64,000 nucleotides of DNA, taken from Tubulanus polymorphus (taxonomy: Eukaryota > Animalia > Nemertea). The stretch is from contig NC_134030.1 of the NCBI RefSeq assembly GCF_964204645.1, forward strand, positions 13,306,957-13,370,956, read 5' to 3'. A program made the position numbers and the translations under genes. The stretch's first letter is position 1. Every line of letters begins with the position of its first letter. Positions 1-13,767 of this stretch are shown here, in pieces. The notes under the pieces were generated by a model. That model did not search any database. It was not told the DNA's origin and saw nothing but the letters and a program-made list of their open reading frames with translations.

Positions 1-59
1 ATAATGAACAATACGTTGGGTCTTTAATAAGATGTTAAAGAATAATAGAATTCAAATAC

Positions 60-1340
60 AAAATTTAGCTGCAAAGCAGCGATAACGGGTTTTCTGAGCA
101 GGCGTGCTATTCATAGTTTGAAAAGTGGATAATAGAAATATATCAATACGGGATACGCATTTGACGTGTCAAGTCACACCAATGCGGTTTAACATAACAT
201 AATTTATAGTTATAGTCAAATTGGGGGTTACTCGGGTCGTTTATTGTCTGCGGAGTCGAGTAGATTGGTTACCCGTCTGTAACATTGGTTACGGAAACGA
301 CTCGTCAGCTTGATGAGTTGTATGTATTATGATTGTGCGCCACCTACATCTTCCGAAATAATGTTCAATTATTTGACGGGAGGATTGAAATCAATTATCA
401 ACGTACATCTGAATATGTAATAGTCCTTAGTAACTTTCTGTTGCAGAGGGCATAGAAAAGATTTTGAAATTATTTAATTAAAATATAAATTTTATTTACG
501 AAAAATAAACTATTATGGTCAGTACAAATTGAAAATTCATAGTGTATTTTTAAGAACAAGCTTACATAGCTTACAGAATACATCACGTACATTTGAATTT
601 TATAGGTGATGGGTACAAATCAACGTGTGACAGAAAAAAATGTAGTTAATTATTTAACAATATCGAAATATGTGCTCTCTTTTTAAACTAATGGAGTGAT
701 ACGCAATTAATCACATGGCCTGTATTAAAAGATAGAACATACAAGTCGAAACATGTGAACAGAAACTAAAACTTTGATGTCAGTGACCAGTATCGAATTA
801 CACAACGACAATTGGCTTTAAACTCAACAAACATTATTAAAGAATGTTTCAAACAAAATGCTTTATATAGCGACATGAATAACCTTGTTTTACAAAACAA
901 GAAAGTACATTTTGAACTTTTGAATGGTCGAATCCCATTTATTCACAGTAACCTGTGGTGTGGCGATCCTCGGAGCCATCATTCTTGATGACGTCACTAA
1001 CAAGTGGTCACGGCCGTGGCGTGCACTCATTTCTTTTAAAATCTAGCTTCCTCGCGGAGCGGGACCTGGTGACGCTGCGCCCCACCCCCTTCGCGCTGAG
1101 AAATATCTTATTCCCAGTCAGCAAAGACAGGTTCTAAAGATCATAGAGTGCATCGCTGGAGGGTTTCCGATCCAATTTGAATTGGTGCGGTGGCGCTCTC
1201 AATGCGGACGTTTTTGTGAATTTTTCAGTCAGCGACGGACGTTTATCGTTGTAAGTGATGTAATATGTAAAAAAATGCAGGGAAACCTATCTCAATTTGT
1301 TTTTAGCGATGCAGCGGAACTAATAAGGAACATTTTGATA
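60..1340. mobile_element. Probable non-autonomous Helentron/Helitron2-like relic
   Basis: Begins with TTTAGCTGCAAAGCAGCGATAACGGG, resembling Helentron/HINE end motifs; no real ORF; boundaries approximate. Confidence 0.3.
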
Positions 1341-1531
1341 TATAACATGACTATAGTACACTAATCACTATCCCTGATGGAATAATAAGCTCCACTCGAC
1401 AAACTCGTTCCCGTGCATTTTTATCTCTCTGTTTCACACACACAGCCCCTCTACCATCAATGCCTAACCCCTGTTCGACCAACTGTGGGCGTAACATGTG
1501 GCCTTTGAAACATAAGCCTAATTGTAAAAGA

Positions 1532-2154
1532 GGCGCTATTGCACTTTCGTACCCCCCTCCCAAAAATTTTTATTTCAGCATATTTATTATCAGGAAGGTC
1601 TAGGGATTCAAAATCAGTAACTTTTGACCCAAAAACTTACTTTTTATAGGTTAAAATTTTGTTATTTTGGGCCCTAAATCGCGTGTAAATTCGCCGATTT
1701 GCGACGTCAACAACGCCATATTGAATGTCAATCAAAGTTTCTAACCCTCCACTGAAATGTCATGACATTAAAACTTAGCAAAAACCATGTTTTTAAACAT
1801 AACCATCTCTGAAAATGACGCTTATGTTTGCATTATTTTCATACTTAGCTATTTATTTAAAGATGGTTCTGATGAAGAAAAGTTATACGCCAAAAAACGA
1901 AATTTTATCAATTCAATACAATTAAATTTATTGAGATATATTTATTCAGATGTTTTTAGGTGGTAATTAGTGCGGAAACATGGCCGACCCGTCGGTTTGA
2001 ATCGAGGAAATCGGCCCCAAATTATCAGAATTTTGACTTGGAAAAAATTATTTTTTTGTCAAAAGTAATTTATTTTGACTCTACAGACCTCCCTGATTGA
2101 TAATATGCAGAAATAGAAATTTTTGGGAGGGGGGTACGAAAGTGCAATAGCGCC
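1532..2154. mobile_element. MITE (623 bp), GG-terminated, 8-bp TSD (Merlin- or MULE-like)
   Basis: ~38-bp TIR GGCGCTATTGCACTTTCGTACCCCCCTCCCAAAAATTT at both ends; flanks GTAAAAGA / GTAAAGGA (1 mismatch). Confidence 0.85.
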
Positions 2155-2554
2155 GTAAAGGATAAGCATTAATCTATATGTTGTTAATGCTGCATCTTTA
2201 TCATGAAACCTAATAAGAAAGATTATTCTATTATTTAGGCCTATTCAAATTTTCTGTCCACTACCACGTGAAAATAAAGACCCAGTCAAAATTGCGCATC
2301 ACGCTTTGACGAAGAAATTGGTTCTAGGCTCAAACGAATCTTTTCCTCAACAAAGCCGCTTTTAGTTTGATGCAAAATGAAATTTGCTTTTAAAATGTGT
2401 AACTAGGCCTAATCAAAAGGATATTTCAAAAGCAAACTTTGCCGGGCCAAGAGCCATATTGAATTCAATTTTTTCCGAACCATTATGCCTCTTTCATCAT
2501 AACATTAGTTATCCTATTTCAAGATCTTAGGCCTACAAGTAGAGAGAGGGCCTA

Positions 2555-3090
2555 CGTTGGGTTCAAATCGGAATTTTAAGATTTATTTCATTTAATTCCA
2601 GGTTTTCACTGTAGATTATCAAAGACATGTGGCTTTGTGGGAGTTCATAGTTGTTTGATAATCCATCATTTGTAAGTGTAAGGCTATTTGAGGGATTCGA
2701 AACCGACATTTTGTAAATTTTGTAGCTTTATTACGTTTAATTCCAGATGTTTATCATGACACGTTTCATTTTGGGGGTTTGTCAGCGAGTTGGTATGCTG
2801 TCGGCAGAAGTAGTTTGATAATTCGTTTCATGTAAGTAAACAGCTATTTGAAGGATTCGAAACCGAAATCTGTATTGTGAATTTTTTTAGTTGTATTTTG
2901 TTTGATTCTAGGTGAATAGGACATGATTCATTTTGGGAGTTTGTCCGCGAGTTTGTATACTGTCAAATGAAGTTTCTTCGTCAATTTGTCGTATGTAAGT
3001 ATCAATCTATAGGTTATATAGGCCCTATTAGGGGTTCGATACAGAAATTTGGTGAATTCCTCAGATTTATTTTAATTTATTCCAGGTTGT
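2555..3090. repeat. Degenerate tandem repeat, ~140-180-bp unit, 3-4 copies
   Basis: Recurring GG(A)TTCGAAACCGA...TTAATTCCAG...TTCATTTTGGG blocks near 2560, 2692, 2853 and 3032. Confidence 0.6.
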
Positions 3091-6000
3091 TATCAGAAAA
3101 ATATGTACTTTATTTCATAGGTTGGTCTTTGATTGAAAACTAAAAATGGATGATAGTTCTAAATTTGATGTTGATTCACATGACCAATCTAGTAAGTATG
3201 GCTCACTCGTCTTTTAGAATAAGAGACCTATTGCATTAATCCTTCAATTCAAGTTGCTATACAACCTTTTATACAGATATTTACCTTATCAATATAAACA
3301 TGTATTTGCCATTAGCCATACAATTCAGTAAAACGTTTCCCGTTCAGATTTTGAAACATCATTTGACTCAATTTTTCCTCCTAGAAAATTGCTTTAGCTC
3401 ATTCCAATGTTCGCAGTAAAAGTAAATGTAGCATGTATGATTCCCATCCATCAATTTTGTCTTGTTTCGTATTTTTAGCGAAAATCTCGAAAAAGTCTGA
3501 CGTCGAGGCAGGTGGTGGCCAGACAAAGACATATTCTTGGGAAATATTTAAAGACGCATGGCAAACACACTTATTGTTCAATTTTTTCCTATCCTTATTT
3601 TGAAATTGAAGTATTGTAATAAACTATTGATTTATTTTTGTTGATCAACGCAACTAGTTTTGTTGTTTTCTTTCTTAATTTACATTTGAATTGGATGGTT
3701 ATCTTGCGTAGGAGTCAGTTTGTCATCGAAGCAATACAGTCTAACTTGTTGACGTCTCAGATGCAGCGGGGCAGGGCGGTCATTATATTGTGGACTTATA
3801 CAAATTACACTTACACAGCCCAACGTGTTTCAGTGTGTAAACTCCGTCGTACTCGGCATTATAAGACAGTGAGGAATTTAGTTTTAGTCACCTGAGCCCT
3901 CGGCTTGATTCGACCAAAAAGACCTTAACTGACTTCACAGAATTTGATTATGAGTCAAGGATTTTCTAAATTTCTGAATGCTTTCTCTGGTTTTAAGATC
4001 AATTCAAATTCAATCTTCAAAATATTTTATTGAAAGAAATTCTACTGAAGACAGATTTTGAAATGAAGGATATATCCAGGCAAATGATTATAGCAAAATC
4101 AACTGATGATCATCAAGGTGAAGTTTTCATTCATCTTCGGCTAATTTGTCTACCCCTGATGATTGAAGCATTTTGGTTACTCGTGCCAATTAGTCAGCCA
4201 CAGTCGATTTTCATGCCATCTGACCTCTTTCCATCTGTAATTAAGCAATCAAATGTAAGAATTACTTAGGTAAGGAGCGAAATAATATATAGATATGTTA
4301 GGAGACTATTTGAAATCATGAGTTTGTTGTGAAAATCTATTACTACAGTCTCGTAGAGCATAGACACCAAGCCACGTGGCATTGGTATTTTAAGGGATAT
4401 TCAGTTTACTCCAAAACAAGTCAATGATTAACATTAAAAAAGCTTCATATCAAGGGTATGTCGTAGGACTCGTGACGCCCATGAATTATCATTCCATAAT
4501 TTCAATGAATCCAATTCTGCATGTACGTTAGCACGACTGATTACTAATCCAAATATTGCATTACAAAAAAAAAAATTACGCAAAACGTCAAGTACTTACA
4601 GCATCTGAGACGGTTGTGCTTAAGTTAGCGTGTTAAGTTACGTCTTTGGCTGTCAATGTCGAAAAAGCCTAATAACGCAGTCTCAAATGTTTTGTGACTT
4701 TCTCAAAATGTATCAAAAATTTAACTAAGTTTTAGTTCATAAGTCCTCAAATATTCATAAATGAACAGTTAAAAATTGTTGAAACATGTCGACTCTGCCG
4801 TAAAATCAACCTATTAACAGTCCGGAATTTGGGATAATATTGGGCTTTAGAGAACATAATGCCCCCGAGGTCTTCACATTTACAGAAAAGATTACGGAAG
4901 TGATTCACAGGAAGCGCGATAGGCGCACAATAGAAATCTGAGCCACCCATTAAGAGGACCGCTATTGTGGAAATTGACTGCGGGAGGAATATTCCTCCCA
5001 ATGTCAATCGATGGAAACTTGACCATGGGGTCCGATATTCAAAGAATTGACTTTGGGAGGAATATTCCTCCCAAGGTCAAACGAAGAGAATTTGACCTTC
5101 AGGTCTGATATTCAAAGTATCGACGTCGGGAGGATTGTTCCTCCCTATGTCAAACCATGGACGTATAATCTAGTTTATACGTCCATGGTCAAACGAAGGA
5201 AAATGGACCTGGTCTGATATTCGAAATATTGTCATTTGTCATCTGAAAGAAAATTAACCCGAGTCTTAGATTCAAAGTATATTGATTTAGGGAGGAATTT
5301 TTCCTCCCACCACTAAACGCTATAACCTGAAATTTTAGAAAGATAGGTGTTTTGGGTGTAATTAGTTTTTTTAAGCCTTAAAGCCGGTAGATTTATGAAT
5401 TTCGGGTGATACGATACACAGTGTTCGAGGTAATGAGACGGTATGAGACATAGGCCTACATACAATTTTAGAAAACTAAATAGATTTTGTATTTTCTTTG
5501 TCTAACAGTAAATTGCTATAACTTTGTTGACAATCAATTGTAATCAGATTGTAATCAGGCCCTTCCCGATAAACTTGTAGAGGGGAAATCGTAATTAAAA
5601 CACGTGCATAACATAGAAATTAAGTTTTGATTATACAGGGAATATATTAGGACTGGTTACAAATTTTCACAAGACTGCGATAAATCTAAATAGCTTAACG
5701 GCACGAGTTTAGCTAATTTACGGGTTCAAAGGTTCATTTTCAGAGTCAATGGACGTAATTTGATACATGCATTCTTTAAATGGAAATTCTATAGTAATCG
5801 ATACAAATCATTTATATTAAGTGTTTTGTGTTAATTAAGAATGGTCATTCGAGGATTAAAGATCATTATGAAGCTGATACATTTCATTCGTGTGGATTCT
5901 TCTCTCATTACTAGTGTTAATAGGAGATTCGCGTGTCACGCATGATAAAAAAAAAATTATTCGAGTCGTATTTCTTTCATTTACGGTCGCAAATTAGCCA

Positions 6001-8066
6001 TTGTCCTCTTGAGCATTATTCTCATTTATACGTAAAAGTGTATTCGGTATGAGGGTTTGTTTCATTCTTCACTCCTTTATATACAATTCAGAAATAGGAG
6101 TTGATAAGGAGGTTTTTACTCCTAACCGAACTCAGTTCCCATTCAGTTCAGTTCAAGTTTATATGCATGGATATCTATGAAATAAGGGAAAATACAATCC
6201 AGCCTACTAGCCACTGAACGTTAGCACCCAGAAAACGTCAGGAATTTGCAGAGAGAAAACATTATGTTATAAAAATATCGGATAAAATTCATTCTAAACA
6301 TGCGTTACTAAGCCCAGAACTCCAGATATCGGGATGTTATGTCTAAGGCAGATTTCTCCCTTTGTGACACAACCAATTAATTACTCATGTGACCATCATG
6401 CTTAAACACCTCTCACAATCAAGCTTAAGATTAAGTGGCCTGTGGTATGAATGCTTTAGTATTGATTCATATACGAAGCATTATAGTCTTTACATTGAAA
6501 TTAGTTGATAGAATGCATCTTACTTTTTCTCGACTTGAAAATTATTATTTGATCGACATACCACGGATTCGGAAACTAGTTGATTAAAAGCACAAACGCA
6601 TATAGTCGCTATCCCGGTAATTAAATCGACTTAAAAATCGATTGATTGTTATTGAAATGATGAAAGTTGAAAAAGACAATCAACGTTTTTATGAGATATA
6701 TGTTTCGTTGTTCGTGATATTCAGCATACACCAATGTCCAGTAAAATTTAACAATTCAAAGTTACTACAAAACTTGCAAATTCTAATGTTTATTTAGCGG
6801 CAATTTTCCCCCTGCCATTTTTCCAACGTTTATCCAAACATTGAAATACTTCATTAATACTACACTCATACTAAAAGTTATCGCACAGGTAAAATAATAT
6901 TTCAAATTTCAAATAGTATTTCAAAGATATTTCAAATAAAAAGTTTCAATAATTTATCGCATCGCACAGCAAAATCCGTGAAATACATTTTTGATTTACG
7001 GGTGCCTCATAGGCCTGTCATCGCTTGTACATTGTCATAATGAATTCTCTTTAATTGAGCAATATTTACTTAGGACTTAATCACTGACTTTCTATAGATA
7101 ATGAGCTATACAAACCCTAAACCGATAAAATTCAGTGGCTTGTTATTGTCAGCTTGCTTGTATACCAAGCTTCGCTAACGTAAGCGATGATGTTGCCCTT
7201 TGAACTGAAATCTTGACGTATCAAACCATAAATAAATTAAACTGCAAAAATTGCTTCAATCGTTTTTACGTATGAGGAATCGATCTTGATTTGAAAGGCA
7301 CTTGTTGACGTGTGGGGAAAAATTGAAAATTTTCACAGAAATCCTTTAAAACGATTCCAGTTATTTTGGACTTAATTTTGCAATACAAACGATAACATAC
7401 CAGCGGCAGCAAATCATAAGCTCTTTAATTGGTATTCTTAGGGGATTTTTACCGGGGAATTTCGACCATTACCGTGTAGACGAGCCGGTAACAAAAACCT
7501 TTAGAAACAACAAATTTTTCGCTTGTATGAATTAACGCCACTTTTGATAGGACTGCCTAATCAAATATTTCAATCATGAAGATGGCGAGTTGACTGAGCC
7601 CGAGGCGCACATTCGATAGTAGTTATATAGAAACAACAAACATAATGCATTTTCCTTAAAAGTGTTTCATCTATAGAGATTTAATACAACTTTCAACAGT
7701 TCAATTTCTATAATGCGATGACCTATGTATGAAAATATGTTTTCTGTTTGTTTTACGCGTGATCCAGGGGGATAATACCTTCGCCCAAACGTTCTACACA
7801 CACATGATACCATTTAATGAATCCGAAATATATCCAGGCCTAGAGTTCATGCTGAAGGATGAAGACTAAGAATATCTTAGCAATATAATTTTTAGAAAGA
7901 GATTTTTGTCCACTGAAGTTTAGAATAGCACGCCGGACTCTTTGTTAGGATCGACCACAGTTCTATAGTGAATTGATTACAAGTAGTTAATTTAGCAAAA
8001 CAAAGTAAATTGTTCATTACAGTGCATTGCTAAGGGTTAGTTGTAAAAAACCCCAGAATGTTGGAA

Positions 8067-8184
8067 AAATGGCCAAGGAAAAATGGCCAGGAAAGAATGG
8101 CCAAGGAAAAAATGGCCAAGGTAATTTGTCTAGGAAAAAATGGCCAAGGAAAAAATGGCCACGGAAAAAAAGGCCAAGGAAAAT
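8067..8184. repeat. Short tandem repeat (AAAAATGGCCAAGG-like units)
   Basis: About 7 imperfect copies visible. Confidence 0.8.
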
Positions 8185-10074
8185 TTATGAAAACTACTGC
8201 CAATGTTAATAAAACATAAAGCTTTCAATATAATGACATCACATATTTTTTATGGGGCTTAAAACAATTAAAATCGGTATTAATGAGTTCAGAAATGTGA
8301 TGAACTTACATTTCATTTCATTGCATATAATGAATATATCAAGAACTATCATGCAAGTGGTCAATGAATAAACTTACTAGTGATTGACTTAAACTTAATA
8401 AAATAATTAAGTCAATAATTCAAAACATCTAAGTAAGCGAGTAAAACTCCCCTCGGTAAAAATCCCCAATTCTTCAAATTAGGTAATCCCCTCCCTTTGA
8501 AGGGATTATAAGTATAAGTATAAGTCAATTAATTCGTATTATTGATACGTATATCCAATTTATTCATATTTTACTGATGAACACCGTAAGGATGTCAATA
8601 TGCCCATACAAACTATGCTATTTAAATTAAAACATACTACAGATTAACGTTTCATTGATACTAAATTAGTACATATACATGTAGTTATTGCACAGCTTAG
8701 TAAAGGGGTTCATCGCACATTTCAAATATATTACACTAGCTTGAATCTAAAATATTTAATATCAAAAGTACGTTATTTCTAATAATTCATGGCATCGCAC
8801 AGCTGTAATTCAAAAATATTCCAGTTCGAATCTTAAGATATTACAAATAAAAGTTTATTACTCTTATTAATTCTTACAATTTATTTTATCCGTAAGAATT
8901 TATCGCAACGAAAGATTTCATTTAAAAGTTCAAACATATTTCAGTCTCATTGCAAATTCGAGAAACATCGTGCTTTGACATGTTCTTGACAATCACAAAG
9001 TATGAATATTTGGGGGATTTTTACCCAGGGTATGTTTACCTAGGGTTTAGATTTTTTAGATTTCTACATATTAGGAAATCTTTACCAGGTGATCTTTTTT
9101 GAACGGATGAAGGTATTTTGAAGGAGATATTCTGGGGGATTTTTAATTGTCATATCTAGCTACAGTAGATACTTTGATTATTCGCTACGATACTTATTAC
9201 ATATCACACAAATCCGCGTATACGCTAGAATCAATACTCTTAGCAAAAATCACTAAGAATCGCAATTTGCTCATTTTGTAATATTTTTGAAATCGTCCAA
9301 TTTCATTGCAGAGATTCCCCGATATATCACGAGTAATGAAACAGATATCACGTTTAAACGTGGATTTTTCTTTTATTTTGAAATCCATAGAGCAAACATT
9401 GGAACCTAATGTTATTGAACATAAAGCTCCCAGCCCTCCCTGCATTTATACATCGAGAAATCCAACTCGACTATAATAGGCTTTTTATCATGGTGTAATA
9501 TAGCTTGTGCAACAGGACGTCACTGAGTCATTACGTTAATTGTGAGGTGTTTATACATAATAGTTTCGTGAACAATTCATGTGGTGGGATCATAATCGGG
9601 AAAGATCTGCCTTAAAAACTTTGTCGCCTTAGGGAGTTTGAGCTTCTTGATAAAACCCCCAAAAATAATTCAAAATCGCCCTATCCAATATCTAAAGGCC
9701 ATTCAAAGCAATATATTTTTTCAACTCTTTTTGAATTTATTCATAATCAATAACATATTCTTAATAGTAATGATTTTATTATTAGGAATCTGATCTAATA
9801 TATTTCTAGTTGTAAAACGTAGCTGTCGGATTTACGAGCAATTATCACATTAATGAGATGATCGCTCGTAGGTCGGATGGATGGACATATTAGTGTGTAC
9901 CGGTCTACAGTGTCTTTAATCAAAGATTCCATTTGATATCTGTCGTATTTCTATGAAAGAGTACAAACAGAAACATAAACCCTATACAGGGTACAAATCA
10001 GAAGTTAAAACTAGGACAATGGCTAATTTGCAACATAAAGGGAAAGATTTCTCTCAACAATCATGACCCACATA

Positions 10075-10399
10075 AGCCGCGATCACACGGAGACGATTTG
10101 GCCCGGGCCAAATTAGCACCGATCAGGCTCGGGCCAAATTTGGTAATTAGAGAGCGCGTTCACACGCAAACCATTCACTCGATACTAAACAATGCTCAAA
10201 CAAAGCGAAGTGGATCATTTACCGTGCTAGTTGCAATTCAAACGCAGTCATTTGTCTGGTGCTCGGGCCTGGTCCGACGTTTTGGTCGGGCCAAATTTGG
10301 CCCGGGCCAAACAGGCTCGGGCCCATTGGCACCCGTGCGAACAGTTGGTACGGCCCAAATTTGGCCCTGGCCTAAAAAAATACACGTGTGATCGCGGCT
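10075..10399. mobile_element. PIF/Harbinger-like MITE with 3-bp TSD (ATA)
   Basis: TIR AGCCGCGATCACACG / CGTGTGATCGCGGCT; ATA at 10072-10074 and 10400-10402; internal GGGCCAAAT repeats. Confidence 0.85.
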
Positions 10400-11825
10400 A
10401 TAGAGACGATTTGTCGGGGCTAAATTGGCTCGAATCAGGTCCGACTTAAATTTTACGCATGGCTTACCAAAGAGCGCGCAGATTTTCATGTTCAAATTCA
10501 TTTCACATTCAAATTCAAACCCATTCATTCGTTACTAAACAATGCTTAAACCATGGAATCTAAAACGAGTCCATACCTAAACCAAGCGAAGTGACTGTCT
10601 CCCAGAACCAGTTTAAATCAACACGCTTAATTTGACTCAGGTCTGGTCCGTCGTTTTTGGTTCGGCGATTAGGCACGGGTCCATTTTGCGCCGATTACTG
10701 TTTTTTTTGCCAGATCTCTCCGTCCTTACACCTTTTAACTTGATTTTTATCATCCACGCATTTAAATTTCGATTCTTTCAGCTTGTGTTAATTTTGTACT
10801 CATGCAAAGCACACTGATTACAATTTGCAACAGTGCGCTATATAATGAAATATGTAATATTGATTGTTAATATCAATATCAAGTGTGAATTTGCAGTTAA
10901 AAAATAATTGATTTGATTAACAGTATAATTTGATCTAGACCTCCCAGCGTCAATCAATGAAGAAAAAATTTAACTAGTCAAAGACTCAAGATCAAGTAAA
11001 GAAAAAGGAAGATGCATTCTAACAAATGATTGCGATGTGATGACTATATTAGGCTTATTATTAGAACCTGCACTACAGCTATTCAACTTTCTATAAATCA
11101 TTCGTCGCAGACCCTCAAATACCGTGTACATTATCACTCAAATTGCCTAAATATGTCTGGTGTCGTCGCTATAGTATACTACTTATTAAAACAATTATTA
11201 CACCAATATAATTAATATATACACCTATCATTCTAAAAGCTCAGGTTTTAGCTTTTAGTGGTTTGGAAGAACATTCATCCCAAAGTCTATATTTCGAATA
11301 ACAGACCAGGTCCAGTTTCCTTTGTTTGACAATCGGAGGAACATTCCTCCCGAAGTCGATACTTTGAATATCAGACCTGAAGGTCAAATTCTCTTCGTTT
11401 GACCTTGGGAGGAATATTCCTCCCAAAGTCAATTGTTAAAATATCGGACCCCATGGTCAAGTTTCCATCGATTGACATTGGGAGGAATATTCCTCCCGCA
11501 GTCAACTTTCACAATAGCGGTCCTCTTAATTGGTGACACTCAAAGAACGCGCGGCTCAGATTTCTATTGTGCGCCTATCGCGCGCTGCGCGTGAATCACT
11601 TACGTAATCTTTTCTGTAAATGTGAAGACCTCGGGGGCATTATGTTCTCTAAAGCCCAATATTATCCCAAATTCCGGACTGTTAATAGGTTGATTTTACG
11701 GCAGAGTCGACATGTTTCAACAATTTCTAACTGTTCATTTATGAATATCTGAGGACTTATGAACTAAAAATTAGTTAAATTTTTGATACATTTTGAGAAA
11801 GTCACAAAACATTTGAGACTGCGTT

Positions 11826-12535
11826 TAATTTGAAACATACATTTGCGCACTGTGGTTTAATATTCCTGCAAGAATCCGCAAAGGAATTGAAGACCGTAGT
11901 GCCCAGTTCATTCCACGAATAATAGCTGGAAAGAAAGTAATCAAAATAAATTGTCATGCACATTCAGTGTAAACCAGGCCATAACTAGCTGCTATTAAGG
12001 CATTCCACCGACTGGCTCTACCCATTATATTTAGGGCCTAAATCTATTCTAGGCGCATCCCCCCAAAAAGCTAGGCATTAAGTAAGTAGCCAACAATGAT
12101 CATTGCTTCACCGAGTAGGCCTACTCATTTGCTACCATACTCATATTATTAAAGAAATCATTTAATACATTCCCTGGTTAACGGATTCTCACCTTAAAAT
12201 ACATCATAGAACTATAACGGAATATCCGTTACAGATACATAAACTCCGCTGTCGTTGTCATCGATACGAGTCGTCAACTGAACGCGGAAGTAAAATTCCG
12301 TGTGGAAATTCCTACAATTTCTGTCCATATCACGTTGATTTGACCCCGAAATCTTCAGGAAATGTAGCCAACGTAAATTGATTTACGAATGGAATTAATC
12401 AATTGACTCATTTTAGAAATCATGGTTTCGTGAAATTCATTAAAGTCCTAAAACTCACGATAAATTTAAGCCGAAAATAATTTCAACCATCCACCATGTT
12501 GTTTCATTAATAAAACAATTGTTGCGCGCCGGCGC
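11826..12535. repeat. Interspersed repeat R1, copy 1 (left part at ~4570-4673)
   Basis: Colinear, diverged reverse-complement similarity to 53820-54520. Confidence 0.8.
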
Positions 12536-12552
12536 TGTACTGTGATAATGCA

Positions 12553-12624
12553 TGGTTTCACTAGGATTCGAACCCTCGACCTCTCAGTTGGGAGTAAAAC
12601 ACCTTATCCACCATGCCACAGGAC
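12553..12624 (-). pseudogene. tRNA-derived sequence (SINE head or tRNA pseudogene, CCC anticodon-like)
   Basis: Minus strand GTCCTGTGGCATGGTGGATAAGG...CTCCCAA...GGTTCGAATCC...CCA: A and B boxes present, acceptor stem pairs poorly. Confidence 0.6.
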
Positions 12625-12869
12625 AGGACGCTGTTTTTATCATTAGTGGGAGTACCGGACAGGGCGAGTCGCGATTGCTACTATCATCCGGTGTTATCTT
12701 TCAGTAAGTAATTTTAAGGATTATTAGGACGGAGATTGCATAGGTATAATCTACGCGGAGCGAATGCGTGTTATATTACTATCAGAATTCTACATTTCAA
12801 TTAGAAGCAGTTAGTTGTCGAATCTGATAGAAGATGAATTTTATGTGCGTAAAAAAAGTGGAAAATATG

Positions 12870-12935
12870 TAAATAATAATAATAACAATCAACAGAATTA
12901 CAAAAGGGTTTTCGACGAAAGTCAGAAAACCCTAA
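12870..12935 (-). mobile_element. Helentron-like terminus (AGGGTTTTC...GAAAACCCT hairpin plus ATT microsatellite)
   Basis: Same family motif as 51003-51115; abuts the truncated left edge of Polinton copy 1. Confidence 0.5.
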
Positions 12936-13158
12936 ATATAAAAAAACAATAACTTCAACTAGCTAGTGAATTCTCTTATATTTTTAATATTTTCTTTTGC
13001 AATTCTTGTTAACACTAGATTAAATATATTTTGAATGGGTTTGAATAGAAATTCTTTAACTTTAACTAACCTAGTCAATTTAGTATTAACCAAGAAGAGA
13101 TACTAGTATCATTTTATAATACTTATAATATTTTTTTTCGCTTTTTTCTCTAATATAA

Positions 13159-13767
13159 ATGTCAAAGAAATCTAATAAGAATAGTATTAATATTGAAAAA
13201 ACATTAGATGATTTGGGCATTAGTGATAATAAGGATATTCCGACCAAAATTGAAAATAATATTAATTGTAATATTGATTATGAATACTACTTATATTGTA
13301 AGCACCATCTTGAATTACTAATTGCCGGAGGGAAATCTAAGGATTTCTTGGAAAAAATAATTACTTTTCAAGAATTAGACTCTATGAAACCAGATGAAGT
13401 AATAAAATATTTTAAGATTTATGAAGAGGCAAGATTAGCTAGAATTAATGATTCTATTTCTGATGGTATTATAAAATGTTATTCAAAATTATGTAACCGG
13501 TTAATGTCAATTGATGATGAAAATAAATTATATAGTGATTTGAAAAATGACTACTTAGTTATGACTGAATTACAAAAATGGGTTGGATATGCTTCATTCC
13601 AATTAGGATCGGTTATGACATTAATTTCTACTGGTGTCATAACATTTTCGAATATCAAGCCTATAGACTATAAACCAGGTAAGAACGAAACAGATGGCGC
13701 CGTACGGCACCCAAACGGTGAAACAGAAAATGAATCAGAACAAAAATTAACTAAAATAAATGAGTGA
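13159..13767 (+). CDS. Polinton ORF A, hypothetical, hydrophobic segment near C-terminus
   Basis: Intact 202-aa ORF; clear homolog at 58860-59432. Confidence 0.8.
   Translation: MSKKSNKNSINIEKTLDDLGISDNKDIPTKIENNINCNIDYEYYLYCKHHLELLIAGGKSKDFLEKIITFQELDSMKPDEVIKYFKIYEEARLARINDSISDGIIKCYSKLCNRLMSIDDENKLYSDLKNDYLVMTELQKWVGYASFQLGSVMTLISTGVITFSNIKPIDYKPGKNETDGAVRHPNGETENESEQKLTKINE

Larger units (their letters stand above)
4674..11825. mobile_element. Non-autonomous long-TIR (foldback-type) DNA transposon, 7.15 kb, 4-bp TSD TAAT
   Basis: 4674-~5335 is the reverse complement of ~11235-11825; termini AACGCAGTCTCAAATG / CATTTGAGACTGCGTT; TAAT at 4670-4673 and 11826-11829; removing it restores the host repeat seen uninterrupted near 54440-54475. 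Confidence 0.9.

Noticed and set aside
8027-10528. Short repetitive ORFs (8027, 10098, 10231, 10238)
   Set aside because: Products of tandem repeats and MITE sequence.
4747-11752. ORFs 4747-5007, 11241-11432 and 11567-11752 as duplicated genes
   Set aside because: They are translations of the non-coding TIRs.
12553-12624. Functional tRNA-Gly(CCC) gene
   Set aside because: Acceptor and anticodon stems pair poorly; more likely a SINE head or pseudogene.
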